The translations under genes were made by a program, and so were the position numbers. 64,000 bases of DNA from IMG/VR virus record IMGVR_UViG_3300042308_001616, positions 184,752-248,751 of that record; one strand, given 5' to 3'. The notes beneath the pieces are model-generated. The model saw nothing but the letters and a program-made list of their open reading frames with translations, made no database searches and was not told where the DNA came from. This document shows positions 18,872-30,330 of the stretch, in pieces. Numbering within the stretch: the stretch's first letter is position 1; each line of letters starts with the position of its first letter.

Positions 18872-21175
18872 ATGTCGAAAAGAAGCAAACTTGAGAAAAT
18901 AGTAATAGAGAAGGGTCGAACGTACTTAGGTGTCGTAGAAGACAATAACGATCCGGAAAGACTATGTAGATGTAAAATAAGAGTGTTCGACGTGCATGAT
19001 GCACAAGACTGGAACATAGGAGTTGAATTTAAAGGACAAGAAACCACCGTTAAAAATGGTAAATACCAAATCGAGACAAAAAACCTTCCGTGGGCAACAC
19101 CATGGAAAGATTTGAATGGTAATGCAAACACCGTTCCTGATATAGGAAAGGTATTGATAGTCGTATTCGAGAATGGAAATCCGAACACACCAGAATACAT
19201 AAGTGCAAACCACTACAACAGAAACTTAGAACTCAAGCTGAACAAAGAAAATATGAGTCAAGCTGACTATCTATCCATGAAGTCTTTGTTATTTGATCAC
19301 AAAACACAAATTTATGTTAATGAGTCTGAAGGATTGAAGTTTGACCATAAGTTCAATAACATAAATATAAAGGATGATAGTATAAATATAAATCTAAAGG
19401 ATAATCACGACTCTACGATTTATATAGGAACTCCTGGTGCAACACAACGTGCGATATTAGGTGATAACTTTATGGATTGGTTTGATAAATTCTTAGACCT
19501 ATTTCAATCAAATACTGCCATGCTTGGAAATATATTCTTTCCAATTGCATCAAGTCCTGCACTACTTGAACACATTGCCTACTATAAAGCAATAAGAGAC
19601 CCTAAACTACTCTCTAAACACGTTAAGATAGTTGATAATGATAGTGTAAGAAAACAACAACGTCTAACAGATTCCACTATTGGTGATAATTGGGAGTCTA
19701 CGGTGAAACAGAATGAACTTTCTACGGTAGATGATGTACCATATACACCAACAGATGGTTCTTCAGGTTCTACATTTCCAACAGATGACTCTAATAAAGA
19801 AAATAATTCTAAAACTGAACCTCTTACTAAAGAACCTCATCCTGATTGTAGAACCATAATTCAATTGATGAAACAAAAAGGTTATATACTAAACACCGAT
19901 ACATTGAAGTTAAATCTTATTGCAGTAAGAAAACAATGTTTAAAACCAGGTGACCCATATACAGATGAGTTTAACGATACACTTTACATAATGTATATGA
20001 ACGAAAAGTTGGAGTGGGTAGTAAATAATTATAGTTTCTCTACGGTCGCAGGAAAAGACTTCACAATAACAGAAGAAATAATATCAGAACGAATCAAATT
20101 AGACTCACTGACAGATTCACAGGTAAGTAGCCTTAGAGAAATATCAGTATTCAAAGACGGTTCTGCAACTAATGTTAGTAGAATAGGAACCAAAATAACT
20201 GTAAAAGAATACCTTTCTATAAAGGGACAGGATGGTGCCAGAATTTTAGCACCGTCACAATATATAGACAGTTTCGAATTACGAGATGGCGCACTTTATT
20301 CCAGACCACAAGCAAAACTGAACTACTGGTACGACAAAGAACTCTATAAGCCTGACTTTTATCCTGAGTGGATGAACAAACCTATTGTTTCGAGTGATAC
20401 AATAAAAATTGGGAAAGGATTTCCAAATGGTAAGAAGGTCGGAAATTGGTCCATATATGGTGATCATTGTCTTCCAACCAAAGATTCATTAAAAGACCTA
20501 ATAAATATGTGTCAAAAACATATTGATAAGTATGGAAATAGTCTAACATATACACTCGTAATGAAAGATGACTGGGATGAAGCTTCAAAAAATGCGGAAG
20601 TAAATAAAGATGATCCGAGTATCGATCCAAATAAAGTTGGTAAAGAGAAAACAGAAGAAAAACCGGCAGAGGTTGTAAATAAACCTATAGAGAAACCAGC
20701 GGAACTTCCGGGTGAGAAAGACGTTCTTGCATTCCAGGTATGGGCTAATAAAAATGGTGCAAGTATACCTGAGGACAACACATGGAGTACATCAATACAG
20801 GATGTATGGCAGTCTAACGGTAAGAACTTTTTAAAGGGCGGTTCTACAGGAATGAGTACTGTATTAAAATTGGCCTATTCCAGATTACAACCATACGGAT
20901 ACTTTTCAACATCTTCAGAAGGAACATCATACAAATCTGACTTTAGAAATGGTAGTTATGAACTTAGAGTATTTGATGATGGAAGTTTCTTAGTGATGGA
21001 CGCACAAAGGAAGAATGAGAATGGATATGTAGAAGGTACAATATATATGCTCAAAGGTAAATACGAAGATGGATTCCTTAGTATAATTGTTACTGAAGAC
21101 ACAAGACAACCAGGTAGTGCACAAAGAACCGTTAAGGATGAAGATGCTTGGGCAAATATTAGAAAAATTATCTAA
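18872..21175 (+). CDS. Baseplate spike/hub gp5-like protein (OB-fold N-terminus)
   Basis: YLGVVEDNNDPERLCRCKIRVF...LPWATP...VPDIGKVLIVVFENGNPNTP. Confidence 0.8.
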   Translation: MSKRSKLEKIVIEKGRTYLGVVEDNNDPERLCRCKIRVFDVHDAQDWNIGVEFKGQETTVKNGKYQIETKNLPWATPWKDLNGNANTVPDIGKVLIVVFENGNPNTPEYISANHYNRNLELKLNKENMSQADYLSMKSLLFDHKTQIYVNESEGLKFDHKFNNINIKDDSININLKDNHDSTIYIGTPGATQRAILGDNFMDWFDKFLDLFQSNTAMLGNIFFPIASSPALLEHIAYYKAIRDPKLLSKHVKIVDNDSVRKQQRLTDSTIGDNWESTVKQNELSTVDDVPYTPTDGSSGSTFPTDDSNKENNSKTEPLTKEPHPDCRTIIQLMKQKGYILNTDTLKLNLIAVRKQCLKPGDPYTDEFNDTLYIMYMNEKLEWVVNNYSFSTVAGKDFTITEEIISERIKLDSLTDSQVSSLREISVFKDGSATNVSRIGTKITVKEYLSIKGQDGARILAPSQYIDSFELRDGALYSRPQAKLNYWYDKELYKPDFYPEWMNKPIVSSDTIKIGKGFPNGKKVGNWSIYGDHCLPTKDSLKDLINMCQKHIDKYGNSLTYTLVMKDDWDEASKNAEVNKDDPSIDPNKVGKEKTEEKPAEVVNKPIEKPAELPGEKDVLAFQVWANKNGASIPEDNTWSTSIQDVWQSNGKNFLKGGSTGMSTVLKLAYSRLQPYGYFSTSSEGTSYKSDFRNGSYELRVFDDGSFLVMDAQRKNENGYVEGTIYMLKGKYEDGFLSIIVTEDTRQPGSAQRTVKDEDAWANIRKII

Positions 21176-21636
21176 GAAATACCACCAATTATTATTTTAC
21201 CATTTTCTACCGTTACTGGTGGTTTTGGTGTAGGATTTGACGTTGGTGGATAAGATCTATTAGGATCTGAATTTGATGTCTTATTAAATCGAGAGGCTTT
21301 AGATGGTCTTATTTCCGTAATTTCATCAGATTTACTATATCTATAATCATCTATATCATCTTTAGATGGATATACTATGGCCATACCGGATAATATAGAT
21401 AATGGGTTGTCTATATTATTCAGATAAAGTAAAACGTCTATATCTTCGTAACTTTTCCCATCATAATCACCATAGATTGAATCTATGACTAAGTCTATCC
21501 TACCTTCCTCATGTGGTTGTACTATATATTGACCAAAATTTTGTGTTCCGTAAACAAAATCAGGACCGTGCATATCAACCACACGTCCACCATAGTCATT
21601 GACAATATTATTCACTTGAATAGATTTTATATCCAT
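21172..21636 (-). CDS. Baseplate wedge gp53-like (LysM-like) protein
   Basis: YIVQPHEEGRIDLVIDSIYG...LLYLNNIDNPLSI. Confidence 0.7.
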   Translation of the reverse strand: MDIKSIQVNNIVNDYGGRVVDMHGPDFVYGTQNFGQYIVQPHEEGRIDLVIDSIYGDYDGKSYEDIDVLLYLNNIDNPLSILSGMAIVYPSKDDIDDYRYSKSDEITEIRPSKASRFNKTSNSDPNRSYPPTSNPTPKPPVTVENGKIIIGGIS

Positions 21637-21653
21637 TTTTATTTTTATTTTTG

Positions 21654-23531
21654 TTATTGTTCTACAGTAATTTTGTCAAATCCAAAAGTTCCTGGGGCAG
21701 AAGTTATCTCATCTTTAGATAATTGTGGATCAATCTCCATAAATGTTCTTTGTGCATCAATAGTTCTTAGATACCCAGAGTTGAACTTAGCCATTATCTC
21801 ACTCAATCCCCATGGACGTGCATTCTGTAGTGTAAATTCTGCTTTTATTGTCGACGGTAGGTCATTGAATGCCAAAGTAGGACCTAATGAAAGACTAACA
21901 CTCTGAGTATACATATCACCTGCACAGAAAACAGGTCTGAGTGGATTTCCGATTGTGATATGCCATGGTGTTGAAGGAAGTCCGGATAAAGAGTGCACAA
22001 TACCCATCATTTCAACCTTATACTTTTTAGCAATTGTATTAAGACCAGAATTAATAAACCGTTGAACACCGTTTATAGTTTTACTCTTAACATCTTTGAA
22101 TTTTGCAAGTGATGCATCTTTCTTATTTCTCTCACGAGATTCTTTTTCACTTTTCCAAATATCATCACCAACATTATCACCTGGTGCATAATGCTTATCC
22201 TGCCAATTTTTAATGTCATTTTCAGTAGGATCTGCAATTGTTGTACCATCAGTTCCATCTTGTAAACGTTTTTTTATTCTTGCTCTACTCTCCGCATCGT
22301 TTCTCCTCTTTTTAAAGAAATCTTCTCTTTGTTTATCCTCATCACCTTCTTCCATTGCAACCAACGCCTCCTGCATTTGACTGTTCAACGCCTCTTTAAT
22401 TTTAACAAAAGAATTAATAATTGTTTGTCCGACTTTTTTCAACATACCCAATGGGTTGTTGAAAAAATCGGCCATAATACCGGCAGCTTTACCTGTCAAA
22501 CCATAGTTTACACTCTGTGATGTACCGAACTTAACAATCATACCGAGTATATCCATCCAAACAATAGTTGGATCTATTCCTGAAATAAACTTAAGTTCAT
22601 ACTCACAAATCATTTTTATAGAAACTTGACAATCTAATCCAGATCCGGCCTGTTCCTGTGCAACAGTCGCACGCCTTTTGGCTTCTTTTATTAGGTTAGG
22701 ATTCCCGGATGGTATAATATTTTCATTACTGAGTAGTCCTAATTGTCCCAAAAAGGTTCTTTGACCTAATTCGGTAAATCCTGGAAGTGGTATAGCGTTA
22801 CCTAAACTTCCCAGAACTCCACCTAATTTACTATTTGGTCCTAATACATCATCTCCAATTTTGTTCATAATTGATTTAAAGTCAGCCTCAGCCTCTATCC
22901 ACTTTTCACCAAATGTAAAATTTATAAAACTCTCTTCACCGGGTTTTACCCAAGATATTAAAGTTGCTAGTGCTGCTGACTCTTTGAACTTACCATCCTT
23001 ATTTTTCGCTCTAGGTGCAATTATATTGTCTCCTACCGGCATTGCAAACTTGCGTGCAATCATAAGACGATTATTTGGATAAACACCCACATCTTTAAGA
23101 TAGGCAAAGTCTGACATTTTTAGGGAACCTTTGGTATTGGCAAAGTGTTCTACTATGTTCATTATACTTGTGTCATACACATCATCATTGTGTAGTGATT
23201 TACGTGTTTTTGCTTTATTTAGAGTGGTAGCATCAATATCAGCGTCATCAATTTCCATTCCAGGTGCCCAAGACATAGACCCACTTGTAAACTCTTTTAT
23301 ACCAGGCCAAGCTCTAACAACACGAAAACCACTAAAAAGTGAGTTTCCTTGAAATCCTTGATCCACCACACTATCAGAAATATTGGCATTACCAAATCCT
23401 TTATTGTATGCTTCTACGTTAGTAGCTCTTTTTGAACCGTCGTTGAAACTAGATATTCCAGTGTTGGTCGTACCTGACCAGACATCAATAAGTCCGAGTG
23501 GAGACCCGCCAAGTATACTACCTAATGCCAT
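21654..23531 (-). CDS. Probable tail/baseplate structural protein
   Basis: 625 aa next to the gp53-like gene; late box upstream. Confidence 0.5.
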   Translation of the reverse strand: MALGSILGGSPLGLIDVWSGTTNTGISSFNDGSKRATNVEAYNKGFGNANISDSVVDQGFQGNSLFSGFRVVRAWPGIKEFTSGSMSWAPGMEIDDADIDATTLNKAKTRKSLHNDDVYDTSIMNIVEHFANTKGSLKMSDFAYLKDVGVYPNNRLMIARKFAMPVGDNIIAPRAKNKDGKFKESAALATLISWVKPGEESFINFTFGEKWIEAEADFKSIMNKIGDDVLGPNSKLGGVLGSLGNAIPLPGFTELGQRTFLGQLGLLSNENIIPSGNPNLIKEAKRRATVAQEQAGSGLDCQVSIKMICEYELKFISGIDPTIVWMDILGMIVKFGTSQSVNYGLTGKAAGIMADFFNNPLGMLKKVGQTIINSFVKIKEALNSQMQEALVAMEEGDEDKQREDFFKKRRNDAESRARIKKRLQDGTDGTTIADPTENDIKNWQDKHYAPGDNVGDDIWKSEKESRERNKKDASLAKFKDVKSKTINGVQRFINSGLNTIAKKYKVEMMGIVHSLSGLPSTPWHITIGNPLRPVFCAGDMYTQSVSLSLGPTLAFNDLPSTIKAEFTLQNARPWGLSEIMAKFNSGYLRTIDAQRTFMEIDPQLSKDEITSAPGTFGFDKITVEQ

Positions 23532-23566
23532 GATTCAGATTTTTTTTTATTTATATATTAATTGAG

Positions 23567-23956
23567 TTAGTAGTCCCTTATTATCTGTGAGTTACTGAAC
23601 TTTGAAAGATTCTCAAATAACGAATCCAATATCTCAGGACTCTTACGAAACTCATTGTAGAAAACCAGCACGTTGAAATCATTCTGACCTAACATTTTTC
23701 GAAGGTTCAGAAGCTTCTCTATCGAGAACTCACTCTCGAAGTCGGGTATATAGTATATATCTTTACCCTTTTCAATCGCTTGCTGGATTTTATTGAAGAC
23801 AACAATTTTAAGATAGGTGCGATCTTCCTCACTGGTAAGCTCTTCTTCTTCCATTATCTTCCTTATGTCTATTATGTACTTGTTCTTCACCCGATTGACT
23901 TTCATATATTTGTCCATCTTCTTTCGGGTCCTAACATACACGCAGAAAAAATTCAT
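23567..23956 (-). CDS. Hypothetical protein
   Basis: ORF track; TATATA box upstream. Confidence 0.6.
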   Translation of the reverse strand: MNFFCVYVRTRKKMDKYMKVNRVKNKYIIDIRKIMEEEELTSEEDRTYLKIVVFNKIQQAIEKGKDIYYIPDFESEFSIEKLLNLRKMLGQNDFNVLVFYNEFRKSPEILDSLFENLSKFSNSQIIRDY

Positions 23957-24059
23957 CCATCGTATTAACTTTTAAAGTCCGCACTAGCGGCGTTCGATTA
24001 TATATCAAACAAATGTCACTCCGCACGAATTAAGAGAAAGGCCATTTAATATATAAGTT

Positions 24060-25439
24060 ATGAAAAGATACTCTGACAAATTCCTGAACCAATCCGGAAA
24101 GCTTAAAAATGCCAAGATTGGCTTTGAATTCGAGTTCTACGTAAAAGATTTGTCTTTCTACAAAACATTGGAACTTCTCAATATAGATTTAGAACCAGTT
24201 AAGGTATGGGGATTCAGGAAATACCACTCTGATTTCACACCAGATAAAGATAACTTCAAAATAGAACCAGATTTATCGGGTGGATCCAATATGGTCGAGT
24301 TAGTAACCGGTCCATTGGATTATTACAATGCAAAATATTATCTAATAAAGATAATAAGCTTTATCAATAAACACGGATACACCAACGATAAATGTTCTAT
24401 ACATTTCAACCTTTCGTTTGATGATGAGGAAATGGATTTGAACGACCTCAACATACTAAAACTAATATTGACAACTGACGAAGAAGAATTATATCGTGCA
24501 TTTCCTACCAGAAAAGACAACGTATATGCCAAATCAGTTAAGAAAATAATACCATTCAAAGAATATGACTTTTTTAATATACCAATTGGTGTCGTAAAGA
24601 ATAATCTGAGAATGCCTAACGACAAATACTATGGTATAAACTTTCTTCATATAAACGAGGATAAAGAAAAACAGAGACTCGAGTTCCGCTATATCGGTGG
24701 TAAAGATTATGAAAAAAACATCGGCCAGTTAATATACTTTATGGAGAAGTTTATAATAGATGTTCATGATAGTATAAACGCAAATTTTGACGCAGAAGAT
24801 ATAAACAAACTCGAGGAATATCTCGAAGAAAACATTAGATTATTCAAAAACTTTTCAAAATATGATAATTTCATTGTTGAGTTTCCAACGATACAACTAC
24901 AGATTGATCAAATAAGTGAATATAATACTGTAAATGCTTACTACGATAAAATATATCCAAAGATATACAAACTAATCGATTCTACAGATAATCTATCCGA
25001 TTGTATAATAAACTACGTAACAGCAACACAGACTACCGAAATAGTTGATGCAGATTTAAAAGCAACATCTACAATTACAAATGTAGACCTAATAAATTGT
25101 AATTTATCCGGAGTCTTTGAAAATTGTAACTTATTAGGATGTGATGCAATAAACTCACAATTCAGTAAGTCACGTATGGTACACTCAGAGATAAACAAAT
25201 CTAAAGTACTTTCATGTAATGTTGATGGAACTACACTAAACAATTGTTTCTTTATGGATGGATACCTCAATGGTGATATGAATGGCGGTGTTTTTAGATC
25301 CGGTGAACTTGGACCATACGCATCACTTGATGCAGAGGTCAAAATAGTTAATGATACAGACAACTTCTTCGACTACAAATTCGACGATGAGTCTAAAGGT
25401 GACAAACAAGGAAAAATAGCAGGGTTCGGAAAGAAATGA
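24060..25439 (+). CDS. Putative amidoligase (COOH-NH2 ligase)
   Basis: IGFEFEF, EPDLS, ELVT, TNDKCSIHFNLS, KYYGIN, LEFRYIGG. Confidence 0.7.
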   Translation: MKRYSDKFLNQSGKLKNAKIGFEFEFYVKDLSFYKTLELLNIDLEPVKVWGFRKYHSDFTPDKDNFKIEPDLSGGSNMVELVTGPLDYYNAKYYLIKIISFINKHGYTNDKCSIHFNLSFDDEEMDLNDLNILKLILTTDEEELYRAFPTRKDNVYAKSVKKIIPFKEYDFFNIPIGVVKNNLRMPNDKYYGINFLHINEDKEKQRLEFRYIGGKDYEKNIGQLIYFMEKFIIDVHDSINANFDAEDINKLEEYLEENIRLFKNFSKYDNFIVEFPTIQLQIDQISEYNTVNAYYDKIYPKIYKLIDSTDNLSDCIINYVTATQTTEIVDADLKATSTITNVDLINCNLSGVFENCNLLGCDAINSQFSKSRMVHSEINKSKVLSCNVDGTTLNNCFFMDGYLNGDMNGGVFRSGELGPYASLDAEVKIVNDTDNFFDYKFDDESKGDKQGKIAGFGKK

Positions 25440-25870
25440 GACTTAGAAGATACACAGAATACATAAACGAGTCTATCAACCTAAACGGACTCACTAAGAC
25501 CGACATAGAACTTATGTTAGAAGATCTTACATTGGACAGAGAAACATTTCCAGAGGAATTGGAAATATCACTAACACAAGGTAAGACCGCTAGACCAACG
25601 AACCAAGATGGTGAAATGATATTCAGCTTCTCACTCGTACCAAGAATAGAGGTAATGATAAAAGTTATGAATCCACCGAGAACATTTAGATCATATGGTG
25701 ATGATATTAGAAATTGTCTTGTGAAACTTAGTAAAGAGTCAAAGTTTACTGATGTAATCAATAATCTAAGAGAAAGACTCGACTATTACGATCTAACGGT
25801 AGAACAACCGGTTGTTCCACACAACCTCGATTACATATTGGTAGTGATAAGAACCAAAAACGAAGAATAA
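25436..25870 (+). CDS. Hypothetical protein with capsid-targeting-like N-terminus
   Basis: Starts MRLRRYTEYINES. Confidence 0.6.
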   Translation: MRLRRYTEYINESINLNGLTKTDIELMLEDLTLDRETFPEELEISLTQGKTARPTNQDGEMIFSFSLVPRIEVMIKVMNPPRTFRSYGDDIRNCLVKLSKESKFTDVINNLRERLDYYDLTVEQPVVPHNLDYILVVIRTKNEE

Positions 25871-25896
25871 TATATACAAAAAAATTAATAAAAATA

Positions 25897-27960
25897 ATGA
25901 GAATTATTAATTATAAAGATTTTATAAAAGTAAATGAAGAAGCTTCACCTAGACTTCCTAAAGATTTAGAATACTGGACGAGGAAAGGCAAAGATGGTAA
26001 AAAAGTTGCACTTTATACACACGATGATATGGATGGTATCTTTTCGGCAATTGCAGTTAAACAATATCTAAATGATAACGGTTTTGAAATAGTTAAATAT
26101 GGTATACTAGATTACTCTAATGGTTGGGGAAAAACAGAAGTTGATCCTAAACTAATAAATGTAGTTGTTGATTTTGCTAATATGCCAGGTGATGAAAGAG
26201 ATCAATATATTGATTATTATTTAGATCATCATGGTGTCTTTACCGAAGAACAAAAAGAAAAGTATAAGAAACTACCAGTTGGTAAAACATCTAAAATGAG
26301 AGGCGGTGAAACAATCATAAGACAGAAGGATTCAAATAACTATATGTTAGCAGATATTAAAAAATACGATCCCGAAACAGGTGAATTGGTTGTTGATATA
26401 AAAAGTTCGGTTGGTGAATCATCTGGTGAACCAATAGACAACTGGGTTATTGATTTAAAAGCCGGATATGGTGATTTAAAATCGGCATATGAAGGAATTT
26501 GTCTAAACTTACAAATTCCATTAGATGAACTTACCGTATCAGTTATTAGAATGATTGACTCTGCTCTTTATGATGAGTATGAAGTATCTTGGAAAAGACT
26601 TTTAGATTATAATTTAGAAGATATTATAAAATCTGCTAAAAAAGCATTAACCAAAAAAGGAGATTCTGAAAAAATTGAATTTATTTCAAATACACCAAAT
26701 AATATAATTGAATCAGGTGAACAAACTTATAAAGTATCAACAGTTTCTTCACCATCAAGTGAGAAAAAATTATCATTACAAGGTAGATTAGAATTTGCAG
26801 CAGCCTTTAATCAAATGTTAAAAAGAGGAGATCACAAAACTCTAATTTCAGTTATTCACAATTGTGATAGTGTATCAATTTATAAGATATTTAACACGAT
26901 GGTAGCAGTTTATCCAGAACATAATACATATTTCAGTGGACCAAAGAAAGGACAGGGTAAAGACTTTTTAGCAGACGCAGAATGGAGACTTAAAGAAATG
27001 CAAAAGAAAACAAGAGGGTCTAAAAAACAAAAGAAAGTTTACAGGACTCAACAAGATTTCTTACGAGATTTTGAAAAATCTTCAGTTGGTGATGCAAGAG
27101 CATCAAACTCATTTTCAATATTCTCTGATGGTTATGCACTTATTGGTGATTTAGCATTCGTACCAACAGGTACATGGGCCAATGCATTGAGAGCTAGAAC
27201 AATCATAATGGAGGATTATGAAATGGGTGTTATAATGGGTAAAATTGAAAAAGCAGTATCAGATGGTATTATTGATAAAGTTGAGTTATTTAATGTTGAT
27301 AAATTAAAACAATTCCTAACCGAAGATGAAATATACTTAATGTCTAGAAGAATTGATAATTATGGAAATGTTTGGACTATACCACAGCTACCTAAATTTA
27401 TTTTATTACAATATGGTGGAACTTTACAAGTATGTGCTTATAGTAACATTAAAGAAATGAAAAATATTCCTAAATATGGAAAAGGTCCAAAAGGAGGACA
27501 ACCAATTAATGATTTAGGTGTTTATATGACAAGTGTATTAAATAACTTCAAAGAGTATTTGAACTATTATGATCCAGACACTTCTATTGGACAAGATGAG
27601 ATTACCGTATCAGGTGGACATGGTGGTATTGGTTCAATTTCAAATATATTCGGAAGTGTTAAAGTTGAAAAAGAAACAGACGACGAAGGTAATGAAATTG
27701 AAGTTAGTAAGATTATACTTACTAATGAGGGTAAGAAATATATTGATTTGTTTAAAAATATAATTATTAGAGATTTATCTAGTATAGAGTGGTCTTTTGG
27801 ACTTAAATGGAAAGAAGATAAAGAAAGTAGTTATACTGCTAAAGAACCTGAAATGAATTTCAAAGTAATAGGCACCGAAGATGTTACTAAATTAGACAAA
27901 TACGGCAAACCAATTCCAAAGAACGAATCGAGAATAATAAAAAAATTCAGAAAATTTTGA
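25897..27960 (+). CDS. DHH-family phosphoesterase
   Basis: HDDMDG, VVDFA, LDHH, SGGHGG motifs. Confidence 0.75.
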   Translation: MRIINYKDFIKVNEEASPRLPKDLEYWTRKGKDGKKVALYTHDDMDGIFSAIAVKQYLNDNGFEIVKYGILDYSNGWGKTEVDPKLINVVVDFANMPGDERDQYIDYYLDHHGVFTEEQKEKYKKLPVGKTSKMRGGETIIRQKDSNNYMLADIKKYDPETGELVVDIKSSVGESSGEPIDNWVIDLKAGYGDLKSAYEGICLNLQIPLDELTVSVIRMIDSALYDEYEVSWKRLLDYNLEDIIKSAKKALTKKGDSEKIEFISNTPNNIIESGEQTYKVSTVSSPSSEKKLSLQGRLEFAAAFNQMLKRGDHKTLISVIHNCDSVSIYKIFNTMVAVYPEHNTYFSGPKKGQGKDFLADAEWRLKEMQKKTRGSKKQKKVYRTQQDFLRDFEKSSVGDARASNSFSIFSDGYALIGDLAFVPTGTWANALRARTIIMEDYEMGVIMGKIEKAVSDGIIDKVELFNVDKLKQFLTEDEIYLMSRRIDNYGNVWTIPQLPKFILLQYGGTLQVCAYSNIKEMKNIPKYGKGPKGGQPINDLGVYMTSVLNNFKEYLNYYDPDTSIGQDEITVSGGHGGIGSISNIFGSVKVEKETDDEGNEIEVSKIILTNEGKKYIDLFKNIIIRDLSSIEWSFGLKWKEDKESSYTAKEPEMNFKVIGTEDVTKLDKYGKPIPKNESRIIKKFRKF

Positions 27961-28038
27961 TTAAAGACCGTCTTTTAGACGGTCTTTTTCGTACACAGAG
28001 TGAGGTTCGGCAATATATAATAAAAAAGTAAACAAAAT

Positions 28039-28455
28039 ATGATTGAGATAGGAACTACGGTAACCTTAAACTACACAGGTAGAATCAAAACAGGAGAGAT
28101 ATTTGACACAACAGAAGGAAAGAATCCATACCAGTTCATTATCGGAGTAGATCCACTACTTGTTGGTTTCCAGGAGGCACTTATGGGAAGAACTACCGGT
28201 GAAAAATTCACTATAGAAATTCCTATAGAAAAAGCATATGGTGAATACGACTTTGATAAATTAATAACGGTACCAAAATCGATACTTCCAGGAGAGGTTA
28301 GAATCGATCAGATTGTAATTGCAGCAGACGGTAAAGGTTTAGAAATGAAAGTTATTGTTACAGAAATACACGATGACCATATCATTGTGGATGCAAACCA
28401 TCCACTTACTGGACACGCACTGACATACGATGTTGAGATATTAGAAATTTTATAA
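28039..28455 (+). CDS. slyD: FKBP-type peptidyl-prolyl isomerase (SlyD-like)
   Basis: YTGRIKTGEIFDTT, EKAYGEYD, VDANHPLTGHALTYDVEI. Confidence 0.85.
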   Translation: MIEIGTTVTLNYTGRIKTGEIFDTTEGKNPYQFIIGVDPLLVGFQEALMGRTTGEKFTIEIPIEKAYGEYDFDKLITVPKSILPGEVRIDQIVIAADGKGLEMKVIVTEIHDDHIIVDANHPLTGHALTYDVEILEIL

Positions 28456-28482
28456 AAAAATGCCGTCGAATGACGGCATTTT

Positions 28483-28776
28483 TTATTCATAGTCTTCAGA
28501 AAAATCTATTCGGTCACATTCGAGTGTTTTTACAATATATTCATAAACTTCACTTTGACGAATACCATCAGAATATTCTGACTTAAGACGTAACCAGTTT
28601 TTTTCTTCTTCACACTGACAACCATATAGGTATTCAGACGCCAAATCCATATAATATCTTATAGACTCATATACATCACCTGTGGCGTTATCGATAATTG
28701 CATAACTCTCCAATATCCTGAAAAGATGTACCGGAGATTCAATTTTCAATATTTTTTTAATATCCATACTAACCAA
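28483..28776 (-). CDS. Hypothetical protein
   Basis: ORF track. Confidence 0.55.
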   Translation of the reverse strand: MVSMDIKKILKIESPVHLFRILESYAIIDNATGDVYESIRYYMDLASEYLYGCQCEEEKNWLRLKSEYSDGIRQSEVYEYIVKTLECDRIDFSEDYE

Positions 28777-29099
28777 ATGTATATTTTATATCCTAACAAA
28801 GATGCCAGGTAAATCAATGGTAACCAAACAAAATATCCAACTACCAACGAACTAATAAGAGATAACCAGAAACAAAGACAATGTCTACACGAGACCAATC
28901 TTACCAGAAAAACAGGATTTCTTGCAACCAAAAACTCGAGATATCCAGTTCTAGGTCGTGAAATTCTCCATTCGTCCCAGTCTTTTATCATTAGGAATCT
29001 CTCCAGTCCTAAAATTCTAGCGTAATCTACGAATGCATCGGTATCAAACCAGATGTACATAAAAAAGACGACGTATAAAATGCACATGCTCATCAACAT
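28746..29099 (-). CDS. Membrane protein with CxxC motif
   Basis: Hydrophobic segments; LVSCRHCLCFW. Confidence 0.55.
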   Translation of the reverse strand: MLMSMCILYVVFFMYIWFDTDAFVDYARILGLERFLMIKDWDEWRISRPRTGYLEFLVARNPVFLVRLVSCRHCLCFWLSLISSLVVGYFVWLPLIYLASLLGYKIYIWLVWILKKY

Positions 29100-29135
29100 A
29101 GCAATTTATACGTCGTCTAATTCATTTTGTTTAGA

Positions 29136-29285
29136 CTACCTACCTTGTCCTACATACTTTTTTTTGTAGTTCTTACCCGACTTCGTTCGGGAGTTCTTAG
29201 ATTTTGAGTGAACACCGGGTCTTTTTTTCCTCGGCTTGGCTGTGTGCGTCCTGACCGAGGACGTCTTAGTCGGTTTTGCTGCCAT
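29136..29285 (-). CDS. Small basic protein (49 aa), absent from the ORF track
   Basis: MAAKPTKT...KKRPGVHSKSK...YKKKYVGQGR; late box upstream. Confidence 0.7.
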   Translation of the reverse strand: MAAKPTKTSSVRTHTAKPRKKRPGVHSKSKNSRTKSGKNYKKKYVGQGR

Positions 29286-29357
29286 TTTAGCGCGGTTGGG
29301 TTTTCGAGCACGCAAAAAATACGTACTTCCAGTATATATTAAACCACAGAAGAGATT

Positions 29358-29552
29358 TTATCTCAAAGACAGCTTGAACATCTCCAGATATTCATTAGAG
29401 TAACCAGAAGTAAGGTCTCTCTTGTTAAGTGTATGTCTGGAAACACCAAGCTGCTCCGGATTATATACGTAGAAAAGTCTGCCAAGGTTTGTGAAAATTT
29501 CTATACGACCAGTAACTTTCCACCTTACATATATTACAGTACTACTCGCCAT
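29358..29552 (-). CDS. Hypothetical protein
   Basis: Likely start MASSTV overlapping the upstream stop. Confidence 0.55.
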   Translation of the reverse strand: MASSTVIYVRWKVTGRIEIFTNLGRLFYVYNPEQLGVSRHTLNKRDLTSGYSNEYLEMFKLSLR

Positions 29553-30330
29553 AGTCGAAATCGGAAAGGTTTTCCTCCCACAACTCACCTACACCCAAAA
29601 CACGATGTTCGCAACCATCAAAAACCGTTTTGTCACTGAAGTGAAAGTGTCCATAATAGTGTTTCGATGGTGAGTTACCATTTAGTCTCAAAAGATGAAA
29701 CAACTCTGACATTTGTTGACGTTCGAACATAAGATCAGTCTTCAATCGATTATCATATGCTGCAAAGTTCTCAACCAAAGGACCAAAACTAAAACTATTG
29801 TCCGGATGACAATACGCAGGTGCTGTATGTGTTAGTACTATGTCTATATCCTTCATAGAAGATACTTTGTCTACATCGAGTTCGAAAACCTCGTCGTGCC
29901 ACCAACTCTCACTTCCTTTGTGTTCGAAACCTACCCAGCTAACATTCTTCTCGAATACGTCTCCTTGTTTTGAGGTCATTCTAGGAAGTCGGTCAACACT
30001 AACTGCACCACCAACACACAATATACGTTTACCACAAAGTTCTAATACGGTGTAATCCGGTATAAGCTTTATATTCGAAAACCCAAAAGGATCATTATCA
30101 AAGTATGGTTTGAAGTCGTGGTTACCACGAAATGCCCAAACTATCACATTATTTTTAACAAGTTTTGTATGGTACATCTCTAATTCTCGCTTCTCTTTCA
30201 GAAAAGTTTTGAATCCTACTCCGAAGTCGCCGACCTGTATTATATGTGCATCTTTTATACCGAACTTGTCGATGTAGTTCGATATCAAATTAAATCCTCC
30301 GTGTATGTCACCCAAATAAAATAGTCTCAT
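29542..30330 (-). CDS. Calcineurin-like metallophosphoesterase
   Basis: GDIHG, VGDFG, RGNHD, LTHTAP, YGHFH. Confidence 0.9.
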   Translation of the reverse strand: MRLFYLGDIHGGFNLISNYIDKFGIKDAHIIQVGDFGVGFKTFLKEKRELEMYHTKLVKNNVIVWAFRGNHDFKPYFDNDPFGFSNIKLIPDYTVLELCGKRILCVGGAVSVDRLPRMTSKQGDVFEKNVSWVGFEHKGSESWWHDEVFELDVDKVSSMKDIDIVLTHTAPAYCHPDNSFSFGPLVENFAAYDNRLKTDLMFERQQMSELFHLLRLNGNSPSKHYYGHFHFSDKTVFDGCEHRVLGVGELWEENLSDFDYGE